DNA of 64,000 nucleotides from an uncultured Chloroflexia bacterium. Its GTDB lineage: Bacteria; Chloroflexota; Limnocylindria; QHBO01. The stretch lies in assembly GCA_963814375.1 (NCBI GenBank), contig CAWFCQ010000005.1, positions 224,001 through 288,000 on the forward strand, in the 5' to 3' direction. The position numbers were made by a program, and so were the translations under genes. The notes under the pieces are model-generated. The model did not search any database. It was not told where the DNA came from and saw nothing but the letters and a program-made list of their open reading frames with translations. Positions within the stretch are counted from its first letter, which is position 1, and each line of letters starts with the position of its first letter. Positions 10,844-20,176 of the stretch are shown here, piece by piece.

Positions 10844-12135
10844 GCCGGCGCGGCGAGGCGGATACGGCGTCCCTCGAACGCGAGGACGGCGGCCGGAATC
10901 AGGGTGAGGCCGATCCCGACGAACCCGAGCACGGTGTACGAGGCGGCCGCGACGACGAGGCCGGACGCGAGGCTGGCGAAGGCGGCCGTGCCCCAGGTCA
11001 GCGTGTCGGCGATGCCCTGCACCCGCGTCCGCTCGCCGAGGGCGAGCCCATGGCTCACCAGCGACGAGGCGGCGACGAAGCAGAGGCTCCAGCCGAAGCC
11101 GAGCAGGAAGAGGGCGAAGGTGAGCACCAACCCGCCGTCGGGCGGCGCCAGCGCGGCGAGCAGCGCGGCGGCGGCCAGCCCGATCAGCCCGGCCGCGATG
11201 ACCGCGAGGCTGCCGAATCGATCGGTGAGGCGCCCGCTGATCGGCGAGAGGCCGAACATGCCAAAGGTGTGGGCCGACAGCACGATGCCGACGGTCGCCA
11301 GGCCGTGGCCATGGTCGATCAGGTGGAGTGGCGTCATCGTCATGATCAGGACCATCACCACCTGCGCGCCGACGAGGCTGACGAGCGCCACCGCGACCGA
11401 GGGCCGACGGAGGAGCTCGCCCATGGACGGGGCCGGTCCCGTATCGGTGTCGTGGGATCGCAACGCCGACGGATCGGCCAACGCGTACGGCTCCGGTCGC
11501 AGCATGAGCGCCGCCACCACCCATGCCAGGCCGATGAAGATCACGGTCACCGCGTACGGCCCGGCCAGCTCGGGCAGCCCGATCGAGGTTGCGAGCGCGC
11601 CAGCCGGGGCGGTCAGGTTCGGGCCGATGACGGCACCCACCGTCGTCCCCCACACCACCATGCCGATGGCCGAGGCGCGCCGCTCCGGCGAAGCCATGTC
11701 CGCCGCGATGTAGCGACCGAGATTGCCCGCGGCGTTCGCAAATCCGGTGAAGCCGCTGCCGAGCAGGAGGAGCGGGATCGACGCCGCCAGCACCGAGCCG
11801 AAGACGATCGCGCCGCCGAGCACGCCGACCGCCAGCCCCAGCAGCAGCCCGTACCGGCGTCCGAATCGCAGCATCAGCAGCGCGAGCAGGCTCGCGGCGA
11901 TGGCGGTGCCGATCGTCGTCACCGTGGTCGGCAGCCCGCCGTAGGCCGCGCTGCCGGACAGCTCCGCCGCGACCAGCGTGCCGACCGTGACGGCCGCGAT
12001 GTAGCCGGTGCTGCCGAGGGCGGCGATGACGAAGAGGACCCAGCGCATGCGGCGGCGCAGCCGCGGCAGCTCATCGGCGGAGAACTGCGCCGCGGTTGCC
12101 TCGGCCCGCTCGATGGCCTGCGGCTGGACGCTCAT
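10840..12135 (-). CDS. MFS transporter
   Basis: About 12 hydrophobic segments; GRLTDRFG motif. Confidence 0.88.
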   Translation of the reverse strand: MSVQPQAIERAEATAAQFSADELPRLRRRMRWVLFVIAALGSTGYIAAVTVGTLVAAELSGSAAYGGLPTTVTTIGTAIAASLLALLMLRFGRRYGLLLGLAVGVLGGAIVFGSVLAASIPLLLLGSGFTGFANAAGNLGRYIAADMASPERRASAIGMVVWGTTVGAVIGPNLTAPAGALATSIGLPELAGPYAVTVIFIGLAWVVAALMLRPEPYALADPSALRSHDTDTGPAPSMGELLRRPSVAVALVSLVGAQVVMVLIMTMTPLHLIDHGHGLATVGIVLSAHTFGMFGLSPISGRLTDRFGSLAVIAAGLIGLAAAALLAALAPPDGGLVLTFALFLLGFGWSLCFVAASSLVSHGLALGERTRVQGIADTLTWGTAAFASLASGLVVAAASYTVLGFVGIGLTLIPAAVLAFEGRRIRLAAPA

Positions 12136-13010
12136 GCCAGCGCTTCCAAGGTGGGGAGATGCTCGGTCGTCCCGTCGGGGGCGATCGGGATGACCGCGAC
12201 GTGATCCGCGCCGGCGGCCAGCAGCGCCTCGGTCCGGGAGCGAGCGTCTGCCTCCGAGCCGATCGACACCATCGCGTCGACGAGCCGGTCGCCGCCGGGC
12301 AGCTGCCAGTCGGCGGCCTCGAAGCCCTGGAGCTCCCACGACGCGTGATAGGTCGGCGTGCGCAGGTACGGCTTCAGGTACGCCCGGGCCGCGTCGCGAT
12401 CGTCGCCGAGCACGACCGGCAGCGTCACCGCCAGCGTCGGGCGGTGGTCGGATGCCGCCCTGTCGAGCCGCGCCCGAATCCAGGCCACCCGCTCGGGTGT
12501 CACGAGGTACGGAAAGGCGCCGTCGGCTTCGGTGGCGGCGAGGTCGGTCATGCGCTCGCGCAGGGCGGCAATGAGCAGTGGTGGGTCGTCTTCGATGGAT
12601 CCGGGCCCCCGGTAGATGGCGGTCCGATAGGCCGCGAGGTACTCCCGCATGCGGGTCAGCGGTCGCTCGAAGTCGTGCCCGCGCAGCTTGGTGGCGAGGT
12701 GCGGGTGGCTCACGCCGAGGCCGAGCACGAAGCGGCCCTCGGTCGCCTCCGACAGGGTGCGGGCGCCCATGCGGGTCGCCTGCGCATCGCGGCCCCAGAT
12801 GTTCACGATGCTGGTGCCGAGAACCAGGCGCGACGTCTCGCCGGCCAGCATGCCGAGGAAGGTGAACGGCTCGCGGCCGACGGTCTCGGGCACCCACAGG
12901 CTGCCGTAGCCGAGCTCCTCGACGCGCCGCGCGTAGGCGCGTGCATCGGTCGCCGAGAGCGTGTCGAGATGTCCCCAGACGCCGATGCGCCCGAGGTCCG
13001 GGGCGGTCAC
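12132..13010 (-). CDS. LLM-class (F420-dependent-type) oxidoreductase
   Basis: VEELGYGSLWVPE, GTSIVNIW, GRFVLGLGVSH. Confidence 0.85.
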   Translation of the reverse strand: MTAPDLGRIGVWGHLDTLSATDARAYARRVEELGYGSLWVPETVGREPFTFLGMLAGETSRLVLGTSIVNIWGRDAQATRMGARTLSEATEGRFVLGLGVSHPHLATKLRGHDFERPLTRMREYLAAYRTAIYRGPGSIEDDPPLLIAALRERMTDLAATEADGAFPYLVTPERVAWIRARLDRAASDHRPTLAVTLPVVLGDDRDAARAYLKPYLRTPTYHASWELQGFEAADWQLPGGDRLVDAMVSIGSEADARSRTEALLAAGADHVAVIPIAPDGTTEHLPTLEALA

Positions 13011-13020
13011 CCGCGGAATG

Positions 13021-13800
13021 CTACCCGCTGGAATCCAATTCGAATCGATAGCGCAGGAACAGCTCGTCGTCGTGGCGCATGACGCTGACGAGGCGTCCGC
13101 CGCGCGGGCTCGATTCGAAGGGCGAGCCGCCCTCGATGGGCGCGATCATCGGCAGCGCATCGGTGCCGACCAGCATCGCCCCGGCGGTCCAGTACAGCTC
13201 GTCGATCAGGCCCGCCTCGAGGAAGGCCGCGTTGATGTGCGGGCCGCCCTCCAGCAGAAGGCTGCGAATGCCGCGCTCGGCGAGGCGCGACAGCACCCAC
13301 GACGGAGACGGCCGACCCTCGGGCGCGCGCAGCAGGTCCGTGCCGGCCGGCGCGTCCTCGATCGGGTTCCCCCGTCCGACGACCAGGATGCGCGCCTCGT
13401 CACCGGTGAACCAGCGCGCGCCGAGGTCGATCGGCTCCTCGCCGGCGATCATCACGCCGGTCGGGTTCGGCGGCCTGCCCTCGGCGGAGCGCCGGCGCTC
13501 CAGCGCGGATCCGACCCGCAGCCAGACCCCGGTCGCGCGCAGCGTCCCGACACCACTGCCGACGGCGTCGAAGGCGGCGCGGTAGTGGCGCATCAGCATC
13601 CGATCCGCGCGGCTGCCGAGCCCGTCGGCGGTGCCGTCCAGCTGTGCCCGCCCGTCGATGGTGGTGACCATGTTGATCGCCACCAAGGGCCGATCGGACG
13701 GCGGCTCCGGCAGGGCGAACCCGGCCATCGCCTCGTCCAGGGTCAGGTCCGTCGCGGGATCGGGCCAGAGGCAGTCGACGCGGTGGGCGGTATCTGTCAC
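13021..13800 (-). CDS. RibD C-terminal / dihydrofolate reductase family protein
   Basis: NMVTTIDG, GVGTLR, LLEGGPHINAAFLEAGLIDEL; leaderless GTG at 13800. Confidence 0.85.
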   Translation of the reverse strand: MTDTAHRVDCLWPDPATDLTLDEAMAGFALPEPPSDRPLVAINMVTTIDGRAQLDGTADGLGSRADRMLMRHYRAAFDAVGSGVGTLRATGVWLRVGSALERRRSAEGRPPNPTGVMIAGEEPIDLGARWFTGDEARILVVGRGNPIEDAPAGTDLLRAPEGRPSPSWVLSRLAERGIRSLLLEGGPHINAAFLEAGLIDELYWTAGAMLVGTDALPMIAPIEGGSPFESSPRGGRLVSVMRHDDELFLRYRFELDSSG

Positions 13801-13810
13801 GTGGCCGATG

Positions 13811-14245
13811 CTAGCCGAGCTCGCCCTTCGCCTCGACGGGGTGGTACTCGTCGGCATTCTCGAGGGCGTCGGCGTCGAACGCGATCTGCACCTTCGAGCT
13901 GGTGAGGCTGATGACCGAATCGGCCACGACGACGCGCGTCGTGCCATCGCGATACGGCGTCACGGCGATCCCGTGGAAGATGCCCTCCGTCTCGGTGCCG
14001 AGCATCGCCTCGACGCGCCCGACGTCCTCGCCGCTGGGACCCACCACGAGCGTTTCCGCCTCGACATAGCTCCACGCGACCGGGTCGTCGGGGCCTGGCA
14101 GGTCCAGCTCGGCCGCGCTCGGCTCGCCGGGCGTGCCCGTGTCATCCGCCGAGCTGCCCGGTGGGAGCGTGTCGATCTCGGGATCGAGACCGCCCTTCAT
14201 GCCCGGGTCGTCGATGGCGCCCGGCTTCCGATCGAAGTCGTTCAT
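13811..14245 (-). CDS. Acidic hypothetical protein, possibly PRC-barrel-like
   Basis: ORF with AGGA-like RBS; VVGPSGEDVGRVEAMLG...GIFHGIAV. Confidence 0.55.
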   Translation of the reverse strand: MNDFDRKPGAIDDPGMKGGLDPEIDTLPPGSSADDTGTPGEPSAAELDLPGPDDPVAWSYVEAETLVVGPSGEDVGRVEAMLGTETEGIFHGIAVTPYRDGTTRVVVADSVISLTSSKVQIAFDADALENADEYHPVEAKGELG

Positions 14246-14288
14246 GCCCTCATCCTCGCATCAGCGATGCCACGATCGAAGGAACCGA

Positions 14289-15191
14289 TCACAGGAAGAA
14301 CGGCGGCGAGAAGCCGATGAACCGATCGAAGCGGCCAAACGGCCTGCTCGACATGAACAGGTTGAGGAAGCCATCCATGCGCATCCCGCGGCCCATGAGG
14401 TGGCGCATCGCGACCTCGTTGACCATCGGCACCTCGAGCGAGAGGGCGTCGATACCCAGCTCGGCCGCCCGCGTCTCCACGTGGCTCAGGATCGGCGCCA
14501 TGTCGCCCGCCTCGAGCGTTGCGATCGGTCCCATCCCGCCCCGGCTGATGAACGCGTAGCCGATCGCTACGCCATCGCGGCGGTAGAGGTAGCCCTCGCG
14601 GTGCTCGGCGAGCCACCTGAACTCGTCGCCGCGGTCGAACTCGAGCACCGATGCCTCGATCTCGACGAGCTGCGCCATCTCCGCGGACCCGTCGAGGCGG
14701 ATGGCTTCCACGTCCGGGGCGAGCTTGGCGGCGCGAGGCTTCCCCTCGAGCGCCACGATCGGGAAGCGCGCCACCGTGCCGGCGGCGTAGTAGCGGGCCT
14801 GCGCGCGCACGTCAGTGGTGGCGATGATGGCCCGCACCTCGCCGCGCCCTGTGGGAAACGCGTGGGCAATGAGATCGGCGCCCACGCCGGCCGACTGCCG
14901 GTCGGGACGGACGAAGAGCTCGGTGAGCTCGAACAGCGCGCCACGCTCGACGGACCTGGCGTAGCCGATCAGCTCGCCGTCGCGGCCGAGATCTTCCGCC
15001 ACCCACCATTCGGCGGCGTGCTCGGCGAGGAGGTCGTACATCGGGCTCAGCTCGGCCCACAGCTCGTCGCGGTTCGGCTCCCACGGCGATCCCTGACGCG
15101 CGGTGAGATCGCGGATGGCGGGCAGGAAGACGTCGAAGACGGCGCGGGTGTCGTCGGGGGTGCCGCGTCGGAGGCGATACGGCTCGGCCAT
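14289..15191 (-). CDS. GNAT family acetyltransferase (tandem-domain)
   Basis: LFVRPDRQSAGVGADL acetyl-CoA motif; leaderless TACCCT-N7-ATG. Confidence 0.8.
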   Translation of the reverse strand: MAEPYRLRRGTPDDTRAVFDVFLPAIRDLTARQGSPWEPNRDELWAELSPMYDLLAEHAAEWWVAEDLGRDGELIGYARSVERGALFELTELFVRPDRQSAGVGADLIAHAFPTGRGEVRAIIATTDVRAQARYYAAGTVARFPIVALEGKPRAAKLAPDVEAIRLDGSAEMAQLVEIEASVLEFDRGDEFRWLAEHREGYLYRRDGVAIGYAFISRGGMGPIATLEAGDMAPILSHVETRAAELGIDALSLEVPMVNEVAMRHLMGRGMRMDGFLNLFMSSRPFGRFDRFIGFSPPFFL

Positions 15192-15211
15192 CTCGCGGAG
15201 GGTAGCAGGCG

Positions 15212-15466
15212 TTAGTCGAAGACCCGCTCGAGGTGCCAGGTGCCGCGAATCTCGTCGAGGAAGATCACCGCGACAAGGCCCGAGCGGGTGACGACCTTGA
15301 AGCAGGCACGGGCCACCGGCTCGCGCCACCAGCCGTCGTCGACCCGCCATCGGTTGCAGATGCCGACCTCGCCGTGATCGGTCCCGTCCAGGTGCAGGCG
15401 CTGCGGGATGCCGGCGGCATCGGTCTCGACCTGCACCAGCGGATGGTCGGGATAGCGGCGGGTCAC
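15212..15466 (-). CDS. DUF6504-like small protein, last gene of the imuA-imuB operon
   Basis: RWRVDDGWW and WHLERVFD motifs; GTGA overlap with the imuB stop. Confidence 0.7.
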   Translation of the reverse strand: MTRRYPDHPLVQVETDAAGIPQRLHLDGTDHGEVGICNRWRVDDGWWREPVARACFKVVTRSGLVAVIFLDEIRGTWHLERVFD

Positions 15467-16652
15467 GAGCCGATGTCCACCAGCCGCGACCGATGCTCCG
15501 GCAGCGCCGCGGTCGGCCGCTCGTTCGTCGCCCGCCAGAGACGGCCCTCACCGAACCGATGCCGGATCCGCTCGAGCGACCATCGCAGCTCCTCCCAGCG
15601 CCCGGCGCGTGCCTCGAAGGCGGAGAGCTGGCGCGTGGCGGGATCGGCAAGGCGATCGAACGCCAGGTGCACCGATGCGACCCGCGGCTCTTCGGGCTCT
15701 TCGGCCTCTTCCTCTGCGAGTTGCCCGAGAGCGGAGCTAACGGCCAACTTCGAGCCTCTGCCTGGCCGAGAGTTGCCCACAGCCGCAACAGGTCGCCAAG
15801 GAACCGTGCCATCTGGTCCCTTCTTGGCCGTTAGTTCCGGTGGGCGGCAACTTCGGGCGCGCGCGGCGGCCTCGAGGCGCGACAGCAGCAGCCGCGCGAT
15901 CCAGTCCGGCTCGAGGGCCGGCTGGGGGAAGGGCTGCGCCACGCGCAGCATCGGCGCATCCTCGAGGACGAGCTCGAGCGTCGCCCGCCCCGGCGCAAGG
16001 CGCCGTTCGCGCAGCCGATCGCACAGGTCGGCGGCGAGCCGCCGCAGCGTGAGGCTCACCGCGCCGATCCCGTCGAGCGGCACCTCGAACTCCTCCGCCG
16101 CCTCGATCCGCTCGGGGCGCCGGCGGGGAACGATCGGCCGAGGGTCGTGGCCGCGGGCGAGGGCCTGGAGCCGCTCCCCGACCGGGCCGAACTGGGCGCC
16201 GACCGCGGAGCGCGGCAGACCGGCCAGCTGCCGCATCTCGGTCAGGCCGAAGAGACCGAAGCGCTGTCGCGTGGCCGCATCGGCGGGCAGCAGGGCCAGC
16301 GGCAGGTCGTCCAGCTCGTCGCGCTCCAGGATGCGGAAGGCGGCCGGCGCCTCGGGGCGCTCGAAGCGCGCCAACCGGGCGGCGAGCGTCGCCAGCCAGC
16401 GGTTGTCGCCGATCCCGCAGCGCACGGGCATCGGCGCCACCGCCCGGGTCAGCATCACCGCCCGCGCCGCGACCCGGCGTTCCGGCCCCCACATCGGCTC
16501 CAGCCCGGTGACGTCGACGAGCGCCACGCCGACGTCCACCGCCTCGACCCGCGGGGAGAGGTCGTCGAGTGCGTCGAGCATCGGCTCGAAGGGCGCCGTC
16601 TCCGCGTCGGGCGCGCGCAGCTCGGGCCAGGCGAGCACCAGCAGGCGGTCAT
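15463..16652 (-). CDS. imuB: ImuB-like Y-family polymerase homolog, apparently catalytically inactive
   Basis: LSPRVEAVDVGVALVDVTG lacks the SxDE acids; GIGDNRWLATLAA; follows recA-like gene; 1-nt indel at start. Confidence 0.8.
15718..15853. repeat. 136-nt palindromic (MITE/RPE-like) element inside imuB
   Basis: Terminal IRs AGTTGCC/GGCAACT and CGGAGCTAACGGCCAA/TTGGCCGTTAGTTCCG; central GTTGC-N8-GCAAC hairpin. Confidence 0.82.
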
Positions 16653-17443
16653 CAGGCGCCCACCACGCGCAGCGCCGGACGCTCCTCGGCTTGCTCCACC
16701 CCGCGTGGCGTTGCCGAGGCCGCCAGCAGCGGATCAATGCGCCTCCCCTCGCCGAACCACAGGTCGAGCTCGGCCGATCCGCCGGCCAGGGCCCAGCGCT
16801 GGCGCTCCACCACCGCGCGCGTGCGCTGGCCGACGAGGTCGCGGCCGATCGCCAGCCAGGCGGACCGATGCAGCGCCACCCGCACGCTCGCCGCCGCCCC
16901 GGCCACGGCCCGCCCGGCGGGGGCAAGGACCAGCACCGAGGTGGCTCCCGAGCGGGCCAGCAGCGTGCCGAGCCGATCCAGCGCGCGACGGTCCGGCACG
17001 GCGCGCTCGCCGAGGTCGAGGACGAGCGCGTCGATGAGCTCCGAGCGGCCGAGCCACGCGGCCAGCTCGATCGCCTCCTGCGGGTCGCGCGGGCGGGCGA
17101 CGAGGAGCCAGTCGAGGCTCACCCCGAGGCGCGCGGCCACGGCCGGGTCGAGGGTCCCGTCGAGGTCGAGCCAGGCCGCAAGCCCACCCGTCGCCTGGGC
17201 TGCGGCCAGCGTCCCGAGGGCCAGGGTCGAGGCGCCGCACCCCAGCGGCCCGTCCAGGAGCGCCAGCCCGCCGCGCGGCCAGCCGCCGGTGCCGAGCGCG
17301 GCGTCGAGCGTCGGATATCCGGTGGGGACGGGGGGCCGCGCTCGCTCCGGCATCGGCTCCGGGTCGCTTCCGCGACGCAGTGTCAGGCCGCGGGCACGCA
17401 GCGTCTCGAGCGCATCGGTGAGGGCCGCATCGGTCCGGGTCAT
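16652..17443 (-). CDS. imuA: ImuA-like RecA-family protein
   Basis: PTGYPTLDAALGTGGWPRGG, degenerate Walker A GPLGCGAST (no Lys), AWLDLDGTLDP; SOS box upstream. Confidence 0.78.
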   Translation of the reverse strand: MTRTDAALTDALETLRARGLTLRRGSDPEPMPERARPPVPTGYPTLDAALGTGGWPRGGLALLDGPLGCGASTLALGTLAAAQATGGLAAWLDLDGTLDPAVAARLGVSLDWLLVARPRDPQEAIELAAWLGRSELIDALVLDLGERAVPDRRALDRLGTLLARSGATSVLVLAPAGRAVAGAAASVRVALHRSAWLAIGRDLVGQRTRAVVERQRWALAGGSAELDLWFGEGRRIDPLLAASATPRGVEQAEERPALRVVGA

Positions 17444-17456
17444 TGGACTCTCGATC

Positions 17457-17474
17457 ATAGAACAGATGTTCTAT
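17457..17474. promoter_or_regulatory. LexA (SOS) box of imuA
   Basis: ATAGAAC-AGAT-GTTCTAT inside TTCCCG-N17-TATGAT (minus strand). Confidence 0.88.
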
Positions 17475-17508
17475 TTCGGGAAGCCCTGTTATACTCGCCG
17501 ACGCCCGT

Positions 17509-17584
17509 GGGGATGTAGCTCAGCTGGGAGAGCACCGCGTTCGCATCGCGGGGGTCAGGGGTTCGAGTCCCCTCATCTCCACCA
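17509..17584 (+). tRNA. tRNA-Ala (CGC)
   Basis: 76-nt cloverleaf, CCGCG-TT-CGC-AT-CGCGG arm, G3:U70, encoded CCA; TGnTATACT promoter at 17487-17495. Confidence 0.97.
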
Positions 17585-17642
17585 CTTTCCCTCCCCCCTT
17601 CGCGCCGCCGTATATACGTATATACGCGCGCTCTCGAGACCG

Positions 17643-18833
17643 TCAGGCGCCGGCGGATGCCTCCTCCGCCCCTGGCGACGATTCGATCACCCGCTCCGGC
17701 GCCGCCAGGTAGGCGGCGTGGACGGCCATGATCTGCTCGACATCGCCCACGACGCGGGCGTGGAAGTCGGCTCGGAATGCCGCATCGGTCAACGCCAGCC
17801 CCGTGAAGTAGAGCGCCGAGACACCACCCAGCAGCGCGGCCGTGATGAGCAGCTCCACCGACACCAGCCGCGGCTCGCCGAGGAGCTCGAACCCGACGAA
17901 GGGGCGTACCGGCTCCCCGACCCACATCTCCTGGACCGATGCGGGAATCGCCAGCACCCCAAGCGCGACGAGGAAGAGGAGCACCAGCAGCGCCACGAAC
18001 AGGGACTGGACGAGCTGGCTGATGAGCATGAGGAGGACGAGGTTCAGCCGCTCCTGCCACGCGAGGCGCCGCGGAAGCGGCGCATCGGTCCGGATCACGT
18101 CATCCATCAAGGGCTCGGCCGGGGTTCCGGGCAGGAGAGCCAGGATGGCGGCCCAGTCGCGCTTCTCCTCGATCTCGCGCACCTCCGACCTGGCGCTCGT
18201 GACGACCAGGACCGTCGCCACCAGCATGAGGAGCCCGATGACCGCGGCGAGATCGGCACCGCCGAGGGTGTGCGCGGCCTGCCACAGCTCGGAGGCGAAG
18301 AGCAGGAAGACGACGAGGATGAGGAGCACCGGCAGGGTCCGGGCGACGAGCGTCGCGATCTGGCTCAGCTGCGCGCGCAGGTGACGCACCGCCCAGGCGG
18401 CGAGCTCGAGAAGGCCGAAGCCGGTCACGAGGTAGATGATTCCGACGCCGATGAGCACCGAGCCGGCGAAACCGATGACGGCGATCGGCGAGCGGTGGAT
18501 CACCGCGGCGGCCGCACCGGGCACCAGCCCGATCATGGCGACGTCGATGAGGTCGAGGCGTCCCGGTCCGAACGGCGGATGCCGGCGCAGGAGGAGGAAG
18601 GCGCCGAGCACGGCGAACGAGGCGATGATCGCGATGGCCATCGCCGCCGCGTTATCGGCGAGCGACGCCTCCGGGCGACGGCCCCACAGCAAAATCGTCC
18701 CGAGCACGATCCAGGCGGCGATGAAGGGAATCGCCCGCTGATCCATGCGCTGCTCGGTGCTGAACCCCTCGATCAGCTGCGGCACGCCGCGGCCGGCCAA
18801 CCAGCGCTCGATCTCCCGTCGCCGTTCGCGCAT
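17643..18833 (-). CDS. Conserved integral membrane protein of unknown function
   Basis: Multi-TM ORF; RTLPVLLILVVFLLFASELWQ. Confidence 0.7.
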   Translation of the reverse strand: MRERRREIERWLAGRGVPQLIEGFSTEQRMDQRAIPFIAAWIVLGTILLWGRRPEASLADNAAAMAIAIIASFAVLGAFLLLRRHPPFGPGRLDLIDVAMIGLVPGAAAAVIHRSPIAVIGFAGSVLIGVGIIYLVTGFGLLELAAWAVRHLRAQLSQIATLVARTLPVLLILVVFLLFASELWQAAHTLGGADLAAVIGLLMLVATVLVVTSARSEVREIEEKRDWAAILALLPGTPAEPLMDDVIRTDAPLPRRLAWQERLNLVLLMLISQLVQSLFVALLVLLFLVALGVLAIPASVQEMWVGEPVRPFVGFELLGEPRLVSVELLITAALLGGVSALYFTGLALTDAAFRADFHARVVGDVEQIMAVHAAYLAAPERVIESSPGAEEASAGA

Positions 18834-18961
18834 CGCGACCGATTGTGCACCGGCGCCATGCCGATTCGCCCGGCACTCCGACGCCGCCCACGGCATGATG
18901 TGCGTCGCACCGACGAGCTGGCCCGAGCGGCTCGATGCCATCAGAGGGAGGATGCAACCCC

Positions 18962-20107
18962 ATGTTCGACCTACGACGCTCGTTGATCGGCGTCGCCGTG
19001 CTCGCGTTCGTGGTCACCGCCTGCGGCGACCAGGCGCCGAGCTCCGAGGCTCCCGCCGCCAGCCCTGGCGGGAGCGCCGAGGAGAGCGCGGCACCGACCG
19101 AGAGCACCCCGGCCGCCTCCGAGGCCCCGCCGGCTGCCGGTGACAGCCGCTTGGCCGCCGTCCAGGAGCGCGGCAACCTCATCTGCGGCGTGAACGGCTC
19201 GCTGGCCGGCTTCAGCTTCCTCGACGAGGACGGCAACACCGTCGGCTTCGACGCCGACTTCTGCCGCGCCGTGGCGGCGGCCGTGCTCGGCGACCCGGAG
19301 GCGGTCGAGTATCGCGCCCTCTCGACCGACCAGCGCGGCCCGGCCCTCCAGACCGGCGAGGTGGATGTTCTCATCCGCAACACGACCTGGACCGTCAGCC
19401 GCGACACGACGTGGGGCCTCTTCGCGCCCACCACCTTCTACGACGGCCAGGCGATCATGGTGAACTCGACCGCGGTCGACGCGGCCACCATCGAGGACCT
19501 CGCCGGCGCCACGATCTGCGTCCAGACCGGCACGACCACCGAGCTGAACCTGGCCGATACGTTCGGCGCGGCCGGCATCGACTTCGAGCCGCTTCCGTTC
19601 GCGGAGATCGACCCGACCTATGCCGCCTACGAGGAGGGCCGATGCGACGCGGTCACCAGCGACCGTTCGCAGCTGGTCTCGCGCCGGACGGCGTTCGCCA
19701 CCCCGGATGACCACGTCATCCTCGATGAGGTGCTCTCAAAGGAGCCGCTCGGACCGGTCGCGCCGCTCGGCGACGACCAGTGGTTCAACATCGTGAGGTG
19801 GGTCGTCTTCGCGACCATCGAGGCCGAGGAGCAGGGCATCACGTCCGCGAACGCGGCCGAGATGGCCGAGACGAGCACCGACCCGGTCGTCCAGCGGCTG
19901 CTGGGCGTGACTCCCGAAGGGGCCGAGGCCTTCGACGATGGCCTAGGCCTCGAGCCGGACTGGGTGCTCACGATGATCACCGCCGTCGGCAACTACGGCG
20001 AGATCTACGAGCGCAACCTCGGCCCGGGCACCCCGTTCGAGCTCGAGCGCGGGCTGAACGAGCTGTGGACCAACGGCGGGCTCCTGTACGCGCCGCCGTA
20101 CCGCTAG
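18962..20107 (+). CDS. aapJ: General L-amino acid ABC transporter substrate-binding lipoprotein
   Basis: Lipobox VTAC, GFDADFCRAVAAA, RNTTWT, SKEPLGP, GNYGEIYERNLG. Confidence 0.9.
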   Translation: MFDLRRSLIGVAVLAFVVTACGDQAPSSEAPAASPGGSAEESAAPTESTPAASEAPPAAGDSRLAAVQERGNLICGVNGSLAGFSFLDEDGNTVGFDADFCRAVAAAVLGDPEAVEYRALSTDQRGPALQTGEVDVLIRNTTWTVSRDTTWGLFAPTTFYDGQAIMVNSTAVDAATIEDLAGATICVQTGTTTELNLADTFGAAGIDFEPLPFAEIDPTYAAYEEGRCDAVTSDRSQLVSRRTAFATPDDHVILDEVLSKEPLGPVAPLGDDQWFNIVRWVVFATIEAEEQGITSANAAEMAETSTDPVVQRLLGVTPEGAEAFDDGLGLEPDWVLTMITAVGNYGEIYERNLGPGTPFELERGLNELWTNGGLLYAPPYR

Positions 20108-20124
20108 GCCGATCTGGAGCCTGA

Positions 20125-20156
20125 GCCTCGGGGCCGGCACGAGCCGGCTCCGGGGC
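20125..20156 (+). terminator. 14-bp stem-loop after aapJ (stabiliser or partial terminator)
   Basis: GCCTCGGGGCCGGC-acga-GCCGGCTCCGGGGC; no U tract. Confidence 0.55.
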
Positions 20157-20176
20157 CACGCACCCCGACGGAACCG

